DNA of 64,000 nt. Source: Patescibacteria group bacterium. Lineage in GTDB: Bacteria; Patescibacteriota; Minisyncoccia; Phycocordibacterales; PALSA-1337. The DNA lies in the NCBI GenBank assembly GCA_038064415.1, contig JBBTTD010000002.1, positions 8,865 through 72,864 on the forward strand. The letters are read 5' to 3'. Both the position numbers and the translations under genes were made by a program. The notes under the pieces are model-generated. The model ran no database searches and had not been told where the DNA came from. It was given only the letters and a program-made list of their open reading frames with translations. Positions 48,538-56,925 of this stretch are shown here, piece after piece. Each line of letters opens with the position of its first letter. The first letter of the stretch is position 1.

Positions 48538-48942
48538 ATGAAAGAAATGGTTAGAACATTGGAAATGGCGCTTAAAGATTTCAGTCCTGGTCCGCAAAAA
48601 CGAGTAATCATCTGGATTCATGCTCATCCAAAAAATAAACAAGACGGGGAGCATTGGGTCGGAGAAATGGAAAATTCTGATCTTAGTGAAAATGAATGCC
48701 AGCTCGTCATCAGATGCAAATGGACAATCCGTGTAGAGCCAACTAAACAGGAAAATATCTCCAGATGGAGAGTGGTGCCTGGAAGCAGAACTGAAAATCC
48801 GATTACAATAGATTGGCCAACCATGAGATCCGTCAATCATGACAAGATTGAGGTCTTTGAGCAGGATGGTGATACGGTAAATATGTATATCTCGGCAGAC
48901 CGTGTTATTGAGGCAGACGAACTCTTGAAGCAATACTCGTGA
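48538..48942 (+). CDS. Hypothetical protein
   Basis: 134-aa ORF of non-repetitive, balanced composition, followed by a good terminator. No recognisable family. Confidence 0.45.
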   Translation: MKEMVRTLEMALKDFSPGPQKRVIIWIHAHPKNKQDGEHWVGEMENSDLSENECQLVIRCKWTIRVEPTKQENISRWRVVPGSRTENPITIDWPTMRSVNHDKIEVFEQDGDTVNMYISADRVIEADELLKQYS

Positions 48943-48962
48943 GTGGATCGCAGGCCCAAGCA

Positions 48963-48998
48963 AAGCCGCCATATGAAAATATGCGTGGCTTCTTTTTT
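48963..48998 (+). terminator. Rho-independent terminator
   Basis: AAGCCGCCATAT-GAAAAT-ATATGCGTGGCTT is a hairpin with a 12-bp stem (one bulge, one G-U), followed by CTTTTTT at 48992-48998. Confidence 0.5.
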
Positions 48999-49092
48999 AA
49001 AAGAAAAAATTCTAAACCCGAAATCAATACTAGTTGTGTCATCCACGCGAAAGCGAGAATGACAAGTTTGTTTATTCGTTGATTCGTGTTTT

Positions 49093-49806
49093 TTATTTCA
49101 CTGAAACAATCACCACAAATTCACCTTTGATTTTGTCTTGATGTTCTTCAAAATAATTTTTCACTTCTTTCGGAGTCCCTTGCACGACCTGCTCAAAAAT
49201 TTTCGTAAGTTCACGACAAATGGTTATTTTTTTCGGTAAAAAATCAGAGCAACCATTCAAGTGTTCCTCAAGACTGGTTAAAGATTTAAGAATTCTATGC
49301 GGTGATTCATAAAAAATCATCGTTCGTTCTGACAATGCGATTTCCTTAAACAAGGTCTCTCTACCCTTTTTGTGCGGCAAAAATCCTAAAAAAGTAAAAT
49401 CCGCGCAATGCACGCCCGCAATTGAAATCGCGGCGGTAAGCGCGGATGGTCCGGGAATAGTTTCAATTTTCACTTCGCCATTTTTTATCTCATTCTCCAA
49501 TTCTTGTCTAATAATTCTCACTAACTCTGAACCTGGATCTGAAATACCGGGCGTACCAGCATCTGAAACCAAAGCGATATTTTTCCCTTTTTTTAATAGT
49601 CCAATAACTTCATTGGTTCGCGAAATTTTACTGTGGGTATGATACGACATTGTCGGCCTTGAAATAGAATGCCGTGCCATCAATTTTTTTGTGACGCGAG
49701 TATCTTCGCAGAGAATTAGATCAGCTGATGAGAGGGTCTTCAAAGCTCGAAGCGTGATGTCTTCAAGATTGCCGATCGAAGTAGCGATAACGGAGAATGT
49801 GGACAT
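49093..49806 (-). CDS. rsmI: 16S rRNA (cytidine1402-2'-O)-methyltransferase RsmI
   Basis: Tetrapyrrole-methylase-fold protein. SADLILCEDTRVTKKL and DAGTPGISDPG are RsmI signatures. Confidence 0.85.
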   Translation of the reverse strand: MSTFSVIATSIGNLEDITLRALKTLSSADLILCEDTRVTKKLMARHSISRPTMSYHTHSKISRTNEVIGLLKKGKNIALVSDAGTPGISDPGSELVRIIRQELENEIKNGEVKIETIPGPSALTAAISIAGVHCADFTFLGFLPHKKGRETLFKEIALSERTMIFYESPHRILKSLTSLEEHLNGCSDFLPKKITICRELTKIFEQVVQGTPKEVKNYFEEHQDKIKGEFVVIVSVK

Positions 49807-49859
49807 AAATGTACATTACTACTGTTAAGACAGAAAGACAATGACTGCTCTATATTATA

Positions 49860-49961
49860 CGAGGTATGGTACATGAATTTCATAGGAGTTGTGCTGTATC
49901 ATCAACGAAAGTAATGTGATGGAACAACACAATTCCTATGAAATTCATGTACCATACCTCG
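49860..49961. repeat. Long inverted repeat (34-bp arms, one G-U position, 34-nt loop) in a divergent intergenic region
   Basis: Arm CGAGGTATGGTACATGAATTTCATAGGAGTTGTG (49860-49893) pairs with CACAATTCCTATGAAATTCATGTACCATACCTCG (49928-49961). One position pairs only as G-U, which hints at RNA-level structure. Confidence 0.6.
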
Positions 49962-50008
49962 TATTAAGATGCTTGCGTACTTTCATTCTACAGATTAGAC
50001 TGTTTTGC

Positions 50009-51220
50009 ATGCAACCAGAAGCTAAAATCTACTATATAACCCGTGACATAGAACGCGCCGTAGGAATGACCCCGGGGCCTAATTACCACATCATCTCTAA
50101 CAAAACCCCATATGGTGAATCTATCAAACAACAGTACCCTGATTTTGTAACCTTACTCAATAGTCCAGACGGAAGATCCTTAGGCACCGGCGCCTTAATG
50201 GAACATCCAGAAACCGTCACAATAGTGCCAAGTGGTTCAAGTGTCTTAGTTTTCAAAAATACCGCTAGAATTGAGCCAATCGTCGCGGCAAAAGGTTGGA
50301 AAATGATAAATCCAAAAGCTACCCTATCAGAAACGGTTGAAAATAAAATCAGTCAGGTTGAATGGCTAGGCGAACTGGGTAAAAAATATCTACCAACGCA
50401 TAACATCATAGTCGCTAGACGTTTGACTTGGACCGGTGAACCATTTGTCTTGCAATGGGCGCACGGACATACGGGTGGCGGAACTATTTTGGTCCGTTCT
50501 GAAGCTGAATTGAAATCTCTTCAGCAAAAATTTCCAGAAAGAATGACTAGGCGAACGACATATATTCAAGGGCCGTCTTTTACCATAAACGCGATCGTAG
50601 CCGCGGACAAAATCTTGGTTGGCAACATCAGTTACCAAATCACTGGCTTGGCGCCATTCACGGACAATGCGTTCAGTACTGTCGGTAATGATTGGGCTGT
50701 GCCAAATACCTTACTAAATACCGATGAAATTGAATATATAGAGACGATGGTCAGTGACATTGGAAAAAAATTAAATATTTCCGGTTGGCGTGGTCTTTAT
50801 GGTGTTGATGTGATCAAGGATGACAAGCGCGACACTATTCATTTGATTGAAATCAACGCTAGACAACCAGCTTCAACAAGCTTTGAATCATTTCTGCAAA
50901 ATGAGAATCGCGTAAAAGGTGACGATGGATTTACCACTTTTGAGACTCATCTAAAAGCCATGTTGGGAGAAAAAATTGATAAGCCATTAATTCCGGTAAA
51001 TGACGGAGCACAGATAATCCAACGAATCACGAGATTGAAAAGAGATGTCAATCATAAAATAAAAAATTCACTTGAACTTTCTGGATACCAAGCTGTTATT
51101 TATCAAAACACAGAATACAACACTGATCTGATTAGGATTCAGAGTTTAAAAAATATCACGGAGGGAAATGGAAAACTTAATGAGAATGGCAGAAAGATAG
51201 TTAGTATAATTTCTGATTAA
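50009..51220 (+). CDS. ATP-grasp domain protein
   Basis: The track ORF starts at 49889 inside the inverted repeat, so it is trimmed to Met41 (MQPEAK, ATG at 50009-50011). The C-terminal GLYGVDVIKDDKRDTIHLIEINARQ is an ATP-grasp signature. Confidence 0.6.
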   Translation: MQPEAKIYYITRDIERAVGMTPGPNYHIISNKTPYGESIKQQYPDFVTLLNSPDGRSLGTGALMEHPETVTIVPSGSSVLVFKNTARIEPIVAAKGWKMINPKATLSETVENKISQVEWLGELGKKYLPTHNIIVARRLTWTGEPFVLQWAHGHTGGGTILVRSEAELKSLQQKFPERMTRRTTYIQGPSFTINAIVAADKILVGNISYQITGLAPFTDNAFSTVGNDWAVPNTLLNTDEIEYIETMVSDIGKKLNISGWRGLYGVDVIKDDKRDTIHLIEINARQPASTSFESFLQNENRVKGDDGFTTFETHLKAMLGEKIDKPLIPVNDGAQIIQRITRLKRDVNHKIKNSLELSGYQAVIYQNTEYNTDLIRIQSLKNITEGNGKLNENGRKIVSIISD

Positions 51221-51326
51221 CCCAATTATCTAATTTCTAAAAGACATCCAAGTCTCAACCAACAACACTGTAAAAAATTGGGGCGCTGTTTTCATTAATC
51301 ATTGAAAACTAGATATTAAAAGAACC

Positions 51327-51356
51327 CCCCGAAACTTTTTTCAAAGTTTCAGAGGG
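51327..51356. terminator. Candidate bidirectional terminator hairpin between convergent genes
   Basis: CCCC-GAAACTTT-TTTC-AAAGTTTC-AGAGGG. On the minus strand it is followed by TTCTTTTAA. The plus-strand T-tract is weak. Confidence 0.35.
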
Positions 51357-51403
51357 TTTGAGATTCAAAGGATCAAAACACAGAGTGTCAAAATCCTAAA
51401 GAA

Positions 51404-52042
51404 TCAGCGGGAGAAGACCTGGCGACCAGCATCCCAGCCGTCCGAGCACCCGACAGAATCGGCACCGAGGTACCAACCACCGTCGTACCAGCGGGCGTGC
51501 ACGGCCCAGAGGTTACCATCTATGCCTCGGATATAGAAGATGTTTGCGTATCCATTTGTCAACAGGACACCTTTTTCACCATTACCTTGGAGTGTGAGTA
51601 GATGGTGGAGGTGTGCGAGTTTCGTCTCTTCCTTGTCTTCACCAATCTCGGTACGAATACCGAGATCTTTTGAGTTTTGGAGGAGTTTGTGGACTTGGAG
51701 GTCCACTGCTTGCACATCTCCTTCAATCTTAGGCAAGAAGTGGAGGTTGAAGTTGTCGCCAAAGGAAGAGTGGTACTTTACTCCATCAATGGTTTGACCC
51801 GCTTTGAAGCGATCGGCGGTGATGAACTGCTTGACGGCATCCACTCTAACCTGTGTCACAAACTCCAGAAGTTTGTTGATAATAATTCTTGCACGATTTT
51901 TCACAGCACTCACAAAGAGCGCGACTGTGTCGTGACCGTTCTTGATCGCCCAATCAACATCTTCAGTAGAGAGGGCGGCGAATCCGGATTGGTGTTCAGT
52001 AATGATTCCAGCGAGCTTGGGTATCTGTTTTTCGGTAGCCAT
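51404..52042 (-). CDS. Hypothetical protein, compositionally atypical (high GC)
   Basis: Trimmed to MATEKQ (ATG at 52042). The CDS is ~50-60% GC, against ~35% for its neighbours. No recognisable family. The C-terminus is WYDGGWYLGADSVGCSDGW. Confidence 0.5.
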   Translation of the reverse strand: MATEKQIPKLAGIITEHQSGFAALSTEDVDWAIKNGHDTVALFVSAVKNRARIIINKLLEFVTQVRVDAVKQFITADRFKAGQTIDGVKYHSSFGDNFNLHFLPKIEGDVQAVDLQVHKLLQNSKDLGIRTEIGEDKEETKLAHLHHLLTLQGNGEKGVLLTNGYANIFYIRGIDGNLWAVHARWYDGGWYLGADSVGCSDGWDAGRQVFSR

Positions 52043-52266
52043 AATGATGTCCGTTTTTACAGTTGTTTTTGTTGTGCTGTATTGGCTCGGTCTCATAACT
52101 TCGCCACAGCATTGGATGCGCTATAATATTCAAGAAACTCAATGTCAGAGTAAAATCATGTAACCTGTCAATGAGCCCTTAAATTTCTACTTACAATATT
52201 ACATCCAAACACAGTAGTTGTCAAGTATCACAAAGCCCTTATTTTAAGGTACATTTATGGATACAA

Positions 52267-53037
52267 ATGAACACCAAAACTCTCTCAAACCGCGCACTTT
52301 CAACTATTAATCAGTATCTTAATTTTAGAGTTGGGACTGCTGTTTGTTCTATTCCCTATTTCAATAACAAAACAATAAAAGCCCGAGCCACTTTGCGTGC
52401 CTATGGTGGAAAAGGTAGTCCAAAAGATATCTTTGAAGAAATTCAAACAATCGCGGTAAAATCTCACGTGAATATTGAATCTCTGACCAATGAGTCACTA
52501 AAAAAAATACTCACGGACAATAATATCGGAATTGATTGTTCGGGTTTTGTCTATTATATACTCAATGCTCAAAGTGAAGAATTGAAAAACGAGACTTTAG
52601 ATAGACGCCTATCATTCGTAAATTGTCACGGACTTATCGGTAAAATCAGATGCTCACTTCGCCCAATTGAAAATTGTGATGTTGGAACTCTAGCTCATGA
52701 CAAAAATAGTCTGACTGTTCCAATTAAAGAAATCTCACCTAGCGATATAATTACGATGATTGGTGATAGTGAAGAAAACGAACACGATCACATTCTCGTC
52801 ATACACCAAGTTGAATACCAAAATTTTATTCCTTGCAAAATTCATTACTCACACGCTGTCGCATATCCTGAAGATGGTATTTATGGTACAGGGATCAGAC
52901 AAGGTACAATTGAAATAGTTGACCCAGATAAATCAATTTCGGAAGCGCGTTGGATTGAAAATAATAAAGAAGGAGTTGCCAATAGGATCTTTATCAGAGC
53001 AACAAAATCGAAAACAGAGATGAGGAGGTTGAGGTAA
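52267..53037 (+). CDS. NlpC/P60-like (papain-fold) cysteine peptidase/amidase family protein, no signal peptide
   Basis: GIDCSGFVYYIL (a catalytic-Cys motif like DCSGLV) and a downstream SDIITMIGDSEENEHDHILVIH (a His partner in the position of GDLVFF...HVGIY). Confidence 0.45.
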   Translation: MNTKTLSNRALSTINQYLNFRVGTAVCSIPYFNNKTIKARATLRAYGGKGSPKDIFEEIQTIAVKSHVNIESLTNESLKKILTDNNIGIDCSGFVYYILNAQSEELKNETLDRRLSFVNCHGLIGKIRCSLRPIENCDVGTLAHDKNSLTVPIKEISPSDIITMIGDSEENEHDHILVIHQVEYQNFIPCKIHYSHAVAYPEDGIYGTGIRQGTIEIVDPDKSISEARWIENNKEGVANRIFIRATKSKTEMRRLR

Positions 53038-53040
53038 TCA

Positions 53041-53197
53041 GGAAGCATGGAATAGTTTGTATTTTTATTGCCGAGGACTGTTTGAACGACTATAAATTGC
53101 TTGATAAAATGCGAATGACGTTTCTAGAGTATTTTATCAAGCAATTTAAGAAGTGAGTTCCGCAGGCACATAAAAATACAAACTATTCCATGCTTCC
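53041..53197 (+). ncRNA. Candidate structured RNA / palindromic element, copy A (nested perfect inverted repeats plus conserved blocks shared with copy B)
   Basis: Outer 28-bp perfect arms at 53041-53068 and 53170-53197. Inner 16-bp perfect arms at 53095-53110 and 53131-53146. Conserved blocks TGCCGAGGACTGTTTGAACGACTA, GCGAATGACG and GAGTTCCGCAGGCAC are shared with 60570-60735 (opposite strand), with compensatory changes in the inner stem. Confidence 0.45.
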
Positions 53198-53235
53198 AAT
53201 CGTAACATTGCCGCACTTCATATTTTCGTGATATC

Positions 53236-54372
53236 GTGTACTTCATGATAACAATCCTAGAAGGTACCGCTGATTTGGCCTATATCATGGGTTTTGCGCT
53301 TATTGGCACGGTAGCGGCATATTTATGGGCGCCACTTTTGATTAAATTCCTGTATCATTTTCACATCATAAAAGGACCAAAAAGTGAGCTCACTATGCTC
53401 GGTTCACATGCATATAAAGCCACTACACCAGTCATGGGCGGACTTCTGGTTGTGATCACTGTCGCGGTAATTACCTATTTTTTCAATTGGTCCAGATCAT
53501 TCACTTATGTGCCAATCGGCGTGATGATCATATCAGCCGCTTTGGGCGCGATTGATGACATCATGAATATTTACGGTAGCGAAAGACGCTCTAGAAAACT
53601 TGGACATATCGTCAATCTGATTAAGATTCACAGAGAACTGAAGATGCGCGTTTGGTACATTATCACTTTTCCTTGGAGCGCGTTCAAACGCATGTCAGTT
53701 TGGTTTGGTTCGCGGACAAATAAAGGAGTTTTTGTCCATGAAAAATTGATTCTGCAATTTATCGCCGGTTCAATCACTGCTTGGTGGATTTATACCAAAC
53801 TCGGACCGGCATGGCATTATATTTATCTTCCTTTTGAAACTGGATTTGACCTTGGTTGGATCATTATCCCAGTTGTTATTTTTATAGTGATGTTCACGGC
53901 AAACGCGGTTAATATCGCCGATGGGATGGATGGCTTGGCTGGTGGAATGTTGATTACGACTTTCAGCGCGCTGACTATTTTGTCTTGGATTAACGGTTTT
54001 GGTGAAATCGCTATTTTAAATGCCACAACCGTCGGAGCATTGGTTTCTTATACTTATTTCAATATCAAACCGGCTAGATTTATGATGGGAGATATCGGAT
54101 CTCTCGGTCTCGGCGCGCTTTTAGCGGTCAACGCCATGGCTATTGGCGAAACTATTTCTCTGTTCTTCCTCGGTTTTATGTTTTATGTTGAAGCCTTATC
54201 GGTGGTCATCCAAGTTGCTTCTAGATATATTTTTGGTCGTAAAGTCTTCAAAATGGCGCCATTACATCATCATTTTGAATTAAAAGGTTGGAGTGAAGAA
54301 AAAACCGTGATGCGATTCTGGGTGGTACATTTTATCTTTGTGGTATCTGGATTTTGGCTGGCGTTGCACTAG
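53236..54372 (+). CDS. mraY: Phospho-N-acetylmuramoyl-pentapeptide transferase (MraY)
   Basis: MraY signatures: DDIMNIYG, NAVNIADGMDGLAGG, GDIGSLGLGA, APLHHHFE. There is an extra cytoplasmic loop insertion relative to typical MraY. Confidence 0.9.
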   Translation: MYFMITILEGTADLAYIMGFALIGTVAAYLWAPLLIKFLYHFHIIKGPKSELTMLGSHAYKATTPVMGGLLVVITVAVITYFFNWSRSFTYVPIGVMIISAALGAIDDIMNIYGSERRSRKLGHIVNLIKIHRELKMRVWYIITFPWSAFKRMSVWFGSRTNKGVFVHEKLILQFIAGSITAWWIYTKLGPAWHYIYLPFETGFDLGWIIIPVVIFIVMFTANAVNIADGMDGLAGGMLITTFSALTILSWINGFGEIAILNATTVGALVSYTYFNIKPARFMMGDIGSLGLGALLAVNAMAIGETISLFFLGFMFYVEALSVVIQVASRYIFGRKVFKMAPLHHHFELKGWSEEKTVMRFWVVHFIFVVSGFWLALH

Positions 54373-54451
54373 TCCCTGCGTCATTTCCGATCCCGATCGG
54401 AATTGAGGGCAGACTCCAGTGGGAATCAATGCTTGGCCTAAAGACTAACAC

Positions 54452-55162
54452 ATGGATCACAATTTTCACGGAGATGACAAGAATAAATTCGTATTACATA
54501 TTATGAACTACCTCCACTGGGACAAAAAAACAATAACTGATTTCTCTGGAAAAAATATCACCAATCTTTATAATCAAGGTTATGTTTTTACTCGTCTTGG
54601 TAAGGGAGTAATGCATCAGACGCGATCTGTAAGAATAAATCTTGCAAAATTTGAACCGACCAGTGAAAACAAAAGAATTCTCAAAAAAGTTGATGACATC
54701 GCCATGCAAGAAGTGACATTACCTTACGGAGAATATCACTGGTCCCTAGGAAAACTCGCCCAAGATTTTTATGAGGCAAAATTTGGCTCGGGAATTATGA
54801 GTACGCAAAAAGTAAAAGAAATGCTCACTGATAAAGAAAAAAGTAATTTTAATATTCTACTTATATTCTCAAACCCACAAGACATAATTGGATATGTGAT
54901 CTGTTATTTAGACTCTGAAATTATTCATTATAGTTATCCATTTTATGATCTAGGGAAATCATCAAAAGATATGGGTTTGGGAATGATGACAAAAACAATC
55001 CAGTATGCCAAAGGAAAGGGTCTGAAATATGCTTATTTGGGTTCCCTTCAACGGTCAGGAGATACTTATAAAATTCAGTTTGATGGTCTAGAATGGTTTG
55101 ATGGAAAAAGTTGGCAGACTGATATTAAAGAAGTGAAGAAAATCCTGGCAGCAATTATATAA
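54452..55162 (+). CDS. Bpt/ATE-like aminoacyl-tRNA--protein transferase family protein (ATE_N-like without Cys cluster, plus ATE_C)
   Basis: YNQGYVFTRLGKGVMHQTRSVRINLAKFEPTSENKRILKK resembles the ATE_N GWRRSG...R region. The C-terminal YAYLGSLQRSGDTYKIQFDGLEWFDG matches the ATE_C consensus (YLGYWI...M.YK..F.P.E). Confidence 0.5.
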   Translation: MDHNFHGDDKNKFVLHIMNYLHWDKKTITDFSGKNITNLYNQGYVFTRLGKGVMHQTRSVRINLAKFEPTSENKRILKKVDDIAMQEVTLPYGEYHWSLGKLAQDFYEAKFGSGIMSTQKVKEMLTDKEKSNFNILLIFSNPQDIIGYVICYLDSEIIHYSYPFYDLGKSSKDMGLGMMTKTIQYAKGKGLKYAYLGSLQRSGDTYKIQFDGLEWFDGKSWQTDIKEVKKILAAII

Positions 55163-55170
55163 AATTTGAT

Positions 55171-56634
55171 ATGACAAAAAATTCTGTTCAAAAAATACCC
55201 GCGCACCTCCACATCATCGGCATCTGCGGTGTCGCTACTAGTGCCTTGGCAATTGCTTTTCACAAGAAGGGCGTAAAAGTGACCGGAAGCGATAAGGGAT
55301 TTTTTCCTCCAGTTTCAATTGAATTAGAGAAACAAAAAATTGAGTTCTACGCTGGTTGGCATCCAGAAAAGATGGTCGCGAATGGTAGACCGGATACTAT
55401 TATAATCGGCGGTGGCGGAACTAGTCCTTCAAATCCCGAAATTATTTACGCCAAAGAACATAACATTTCTGTTTATTCATACGCGGAAATTCTACAAAAA
55501 TATTTCATCAAAAAAAATTCAATCGTTGTGACAGGAACCTGGGGAAAAACAACCATTTCCGCCATGCTTTCATTCGTTCTTTTGAGAGCCAAAATGGATC
55601 CAAGTTATTTTACCGGCGGACTTTCACTTTCTCATGATACCGGCGCGTTGTCCGATTCAAATTGGAGTGTGGTTGAAGGCGATGAATATCAAGTTTCAAT
55701 TTCTGATCATAGACCAAAATTTGTCTACTATTCCCCTACTTATCTAATTTTGACTTCAGTGTCTTGGGATCATGCTGATTTATATCCAACAGAAAAGGCA
55801 TATTTTGATGAATTCAGAAATTTAGTCAATAAAATTCCAGAAAATGGAAAAATCGTTGCTTGTATTGATAATGATGGAGTGAAAAAAATTATTGGAGACA
55901 AATTAGAATCTGGCGAAAGAATCATTACTTATGGAAAAACTGCCGGTACAAATTATCAATATGATTCAGTCATTCCGACAAAAAATGGCTTGGATTTCAT
56001 AATTGAATCAGCGCGGGGTAGACCAGCGCACGCGTCATTCAAGATTCACTCGCCAATGCTCGGTCGCTTCAATGCTGAAAATATCACCGCAGTATTCGCT
56101 ATGGCTAGTGAAGTTGGGATCAAACCGGAAAAAATAATCAAAGCTATTGCTGAATTCAAAGGAATAAAACGCCGATTTGAGAAACGGTTTGAAGGTGAAA
56201 TAACCGTCATGGATTGTCACGCTCCAACTCCCGAAAAAGCAGCATCGGTGTTGGAAAATATCAAAGAAGTATATAAAAATAAAATAATCGCGGTTTATGA
56301 ACCGAATATCGGCGGACGACAAAGAAGTTCCGCAGGAATGTATGATGGCGCCTTTAAAGATGCTGATATCGTGATTGTCCCGCGATTAACAAAACTAAAG
56401 ATTGAGCGAGGTCCGACCTCGCTAGCGAGGTCCGACCTCGCTCAAAAACCTCTGGAGGGCGATGAATTGGCGCGAATTATTGGTAAAACACACACCAATG
56501 TCCACTATTTAGCAAATGATGAGGATCTAGTCACATTTTTGAAGTCAGAAGCAAAAAGAGGTGATATGATCGCCTTTCTCGGCTCACATGGCTTCAGGGG
56601 AATGATTGAGGAGACAGTAAAAAAATTCCAATAA
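55171..56634 (+). CDS. Mur ligase family: UDP-N-acetylmuramate--L-alanine ligase (MurC) or Mpl-type ligase
   Basis: N-terminus HIIGICGVATSALAIAF...VTGSD is MurC/Mpl-type. P-loop VVTGTWGKTT. The C-terminal domain carries the inserted palindrome. Confidence 0.75.
   Translation: MTKNSVQKIPAHLHIIGICGVATSALAIAFHKKGVKVTGSDKGFFPPVSIELEKQKIEFYAGWHPEKMVANGRPDTIIIGGGGTSPSNPEIIYAKEHNISVYSYAEILQKYFIKKNSIVVTGTWGKTTISAMLSFVLLRAKMDPSYFTGGLSLSHDTGALSDSNWSVVEGDEYQVSISDHRPKFVYYSPTYLILTSVSWDHADLYPTEKAYFDEFRNLVNKIPENGKIVACIDNDGVKKIIGDKLESGERIITYGKTAGTNYQYDSVIPTKNGLDFIIESARGRPAHASFKIHSPMLGRFNAENITAVFAMASEVGIKPEKIIKAIAEFKGIKRRFEKRFEGEITVMDCHAPTPEKAASVLENIKEVYKNKIIAVYEPNIGGRQRSSAGMYDGAFKDADIVIVPRLTKLKIERGPTSLARSDLAQKPLEGDELARIIGKTHTNVHYLANDEDLVTFLKSEAKRGDMIAFLGSHGFRGMIEETVKKFQ
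56402..56445. repeat. 44-bp GC-rich near-perfect palindrome (tandem 20-bp units) inserted in-frame in the Mur ligase gene
   Basis: TTGAGCGAGGTCCGACCTCGCTAGCGAGGTCCGACCTCGCTCAA matches its own reverse complement at 42 of 44 positions. ~60% GC against a ~35% background. It encodes ERGPTSLARSDLAQ. Confidence 0.6.
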
Positions 56635-56655
56635 TCAAAAAGATTGATCATTAAT

Positions 56656-56829
56656 CTACTTCCCTTCGTCAACAATATCCGTCTCAACCGCGCCATCAGA
56701 AGCAATTTCCTTAACAAGTAAAGTCATGCCACAATGGTTACATTCTATAACCATGCCCATTGAGAGATTCGGGTAACGAGACAAATCAATAGTATTTTTA
56801 CATTCAGGGCACACACAAAGCATATTCAT
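56656..56829 (-). CDS. LysW-like zinc-ribbon protein (amino-group carrier protein-like)
   Basis: From the internal Met (MNMLCVCPECKNTIDLSRYPNLSMGMVIECNHCGMTLLVKEIASDGAVETDIVDEGK). It parallels LysW (CPECGAEI.L......GEIIECPDCGAELEV) with an acidic C-terminal tail, but ends in DEGK rather than the Glu-terminal EDWGE. Confidence 0.45.
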   Translation of the reverse strand: MNMLCVCPECKNTIDLSRYPNLSMGMVIECNHCGMTLLVKEIASDGAVETDIVDEGK

Positions 56830-56925
56830 AGTTTTAAGGTTTTGATGAAACATTATCCAGTAAAGTACGATTATAATCGCGCTTTCCATAGTAACCGAAA
56901 AAGTGTAATATGGCAATTGTAATTT

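Noticed and set aside
48469-48972. 5-prime two-thirds of the 238-aa minus-strand ORF 48256..48972
   Set aside because: This part overlaps the better-looking plus-strand ORF 48538..48942 and the terminator, and has poor composition. Only the C-terminal ~70 codons (a 2-TM small protein from the ATG at 48468) look genuine.
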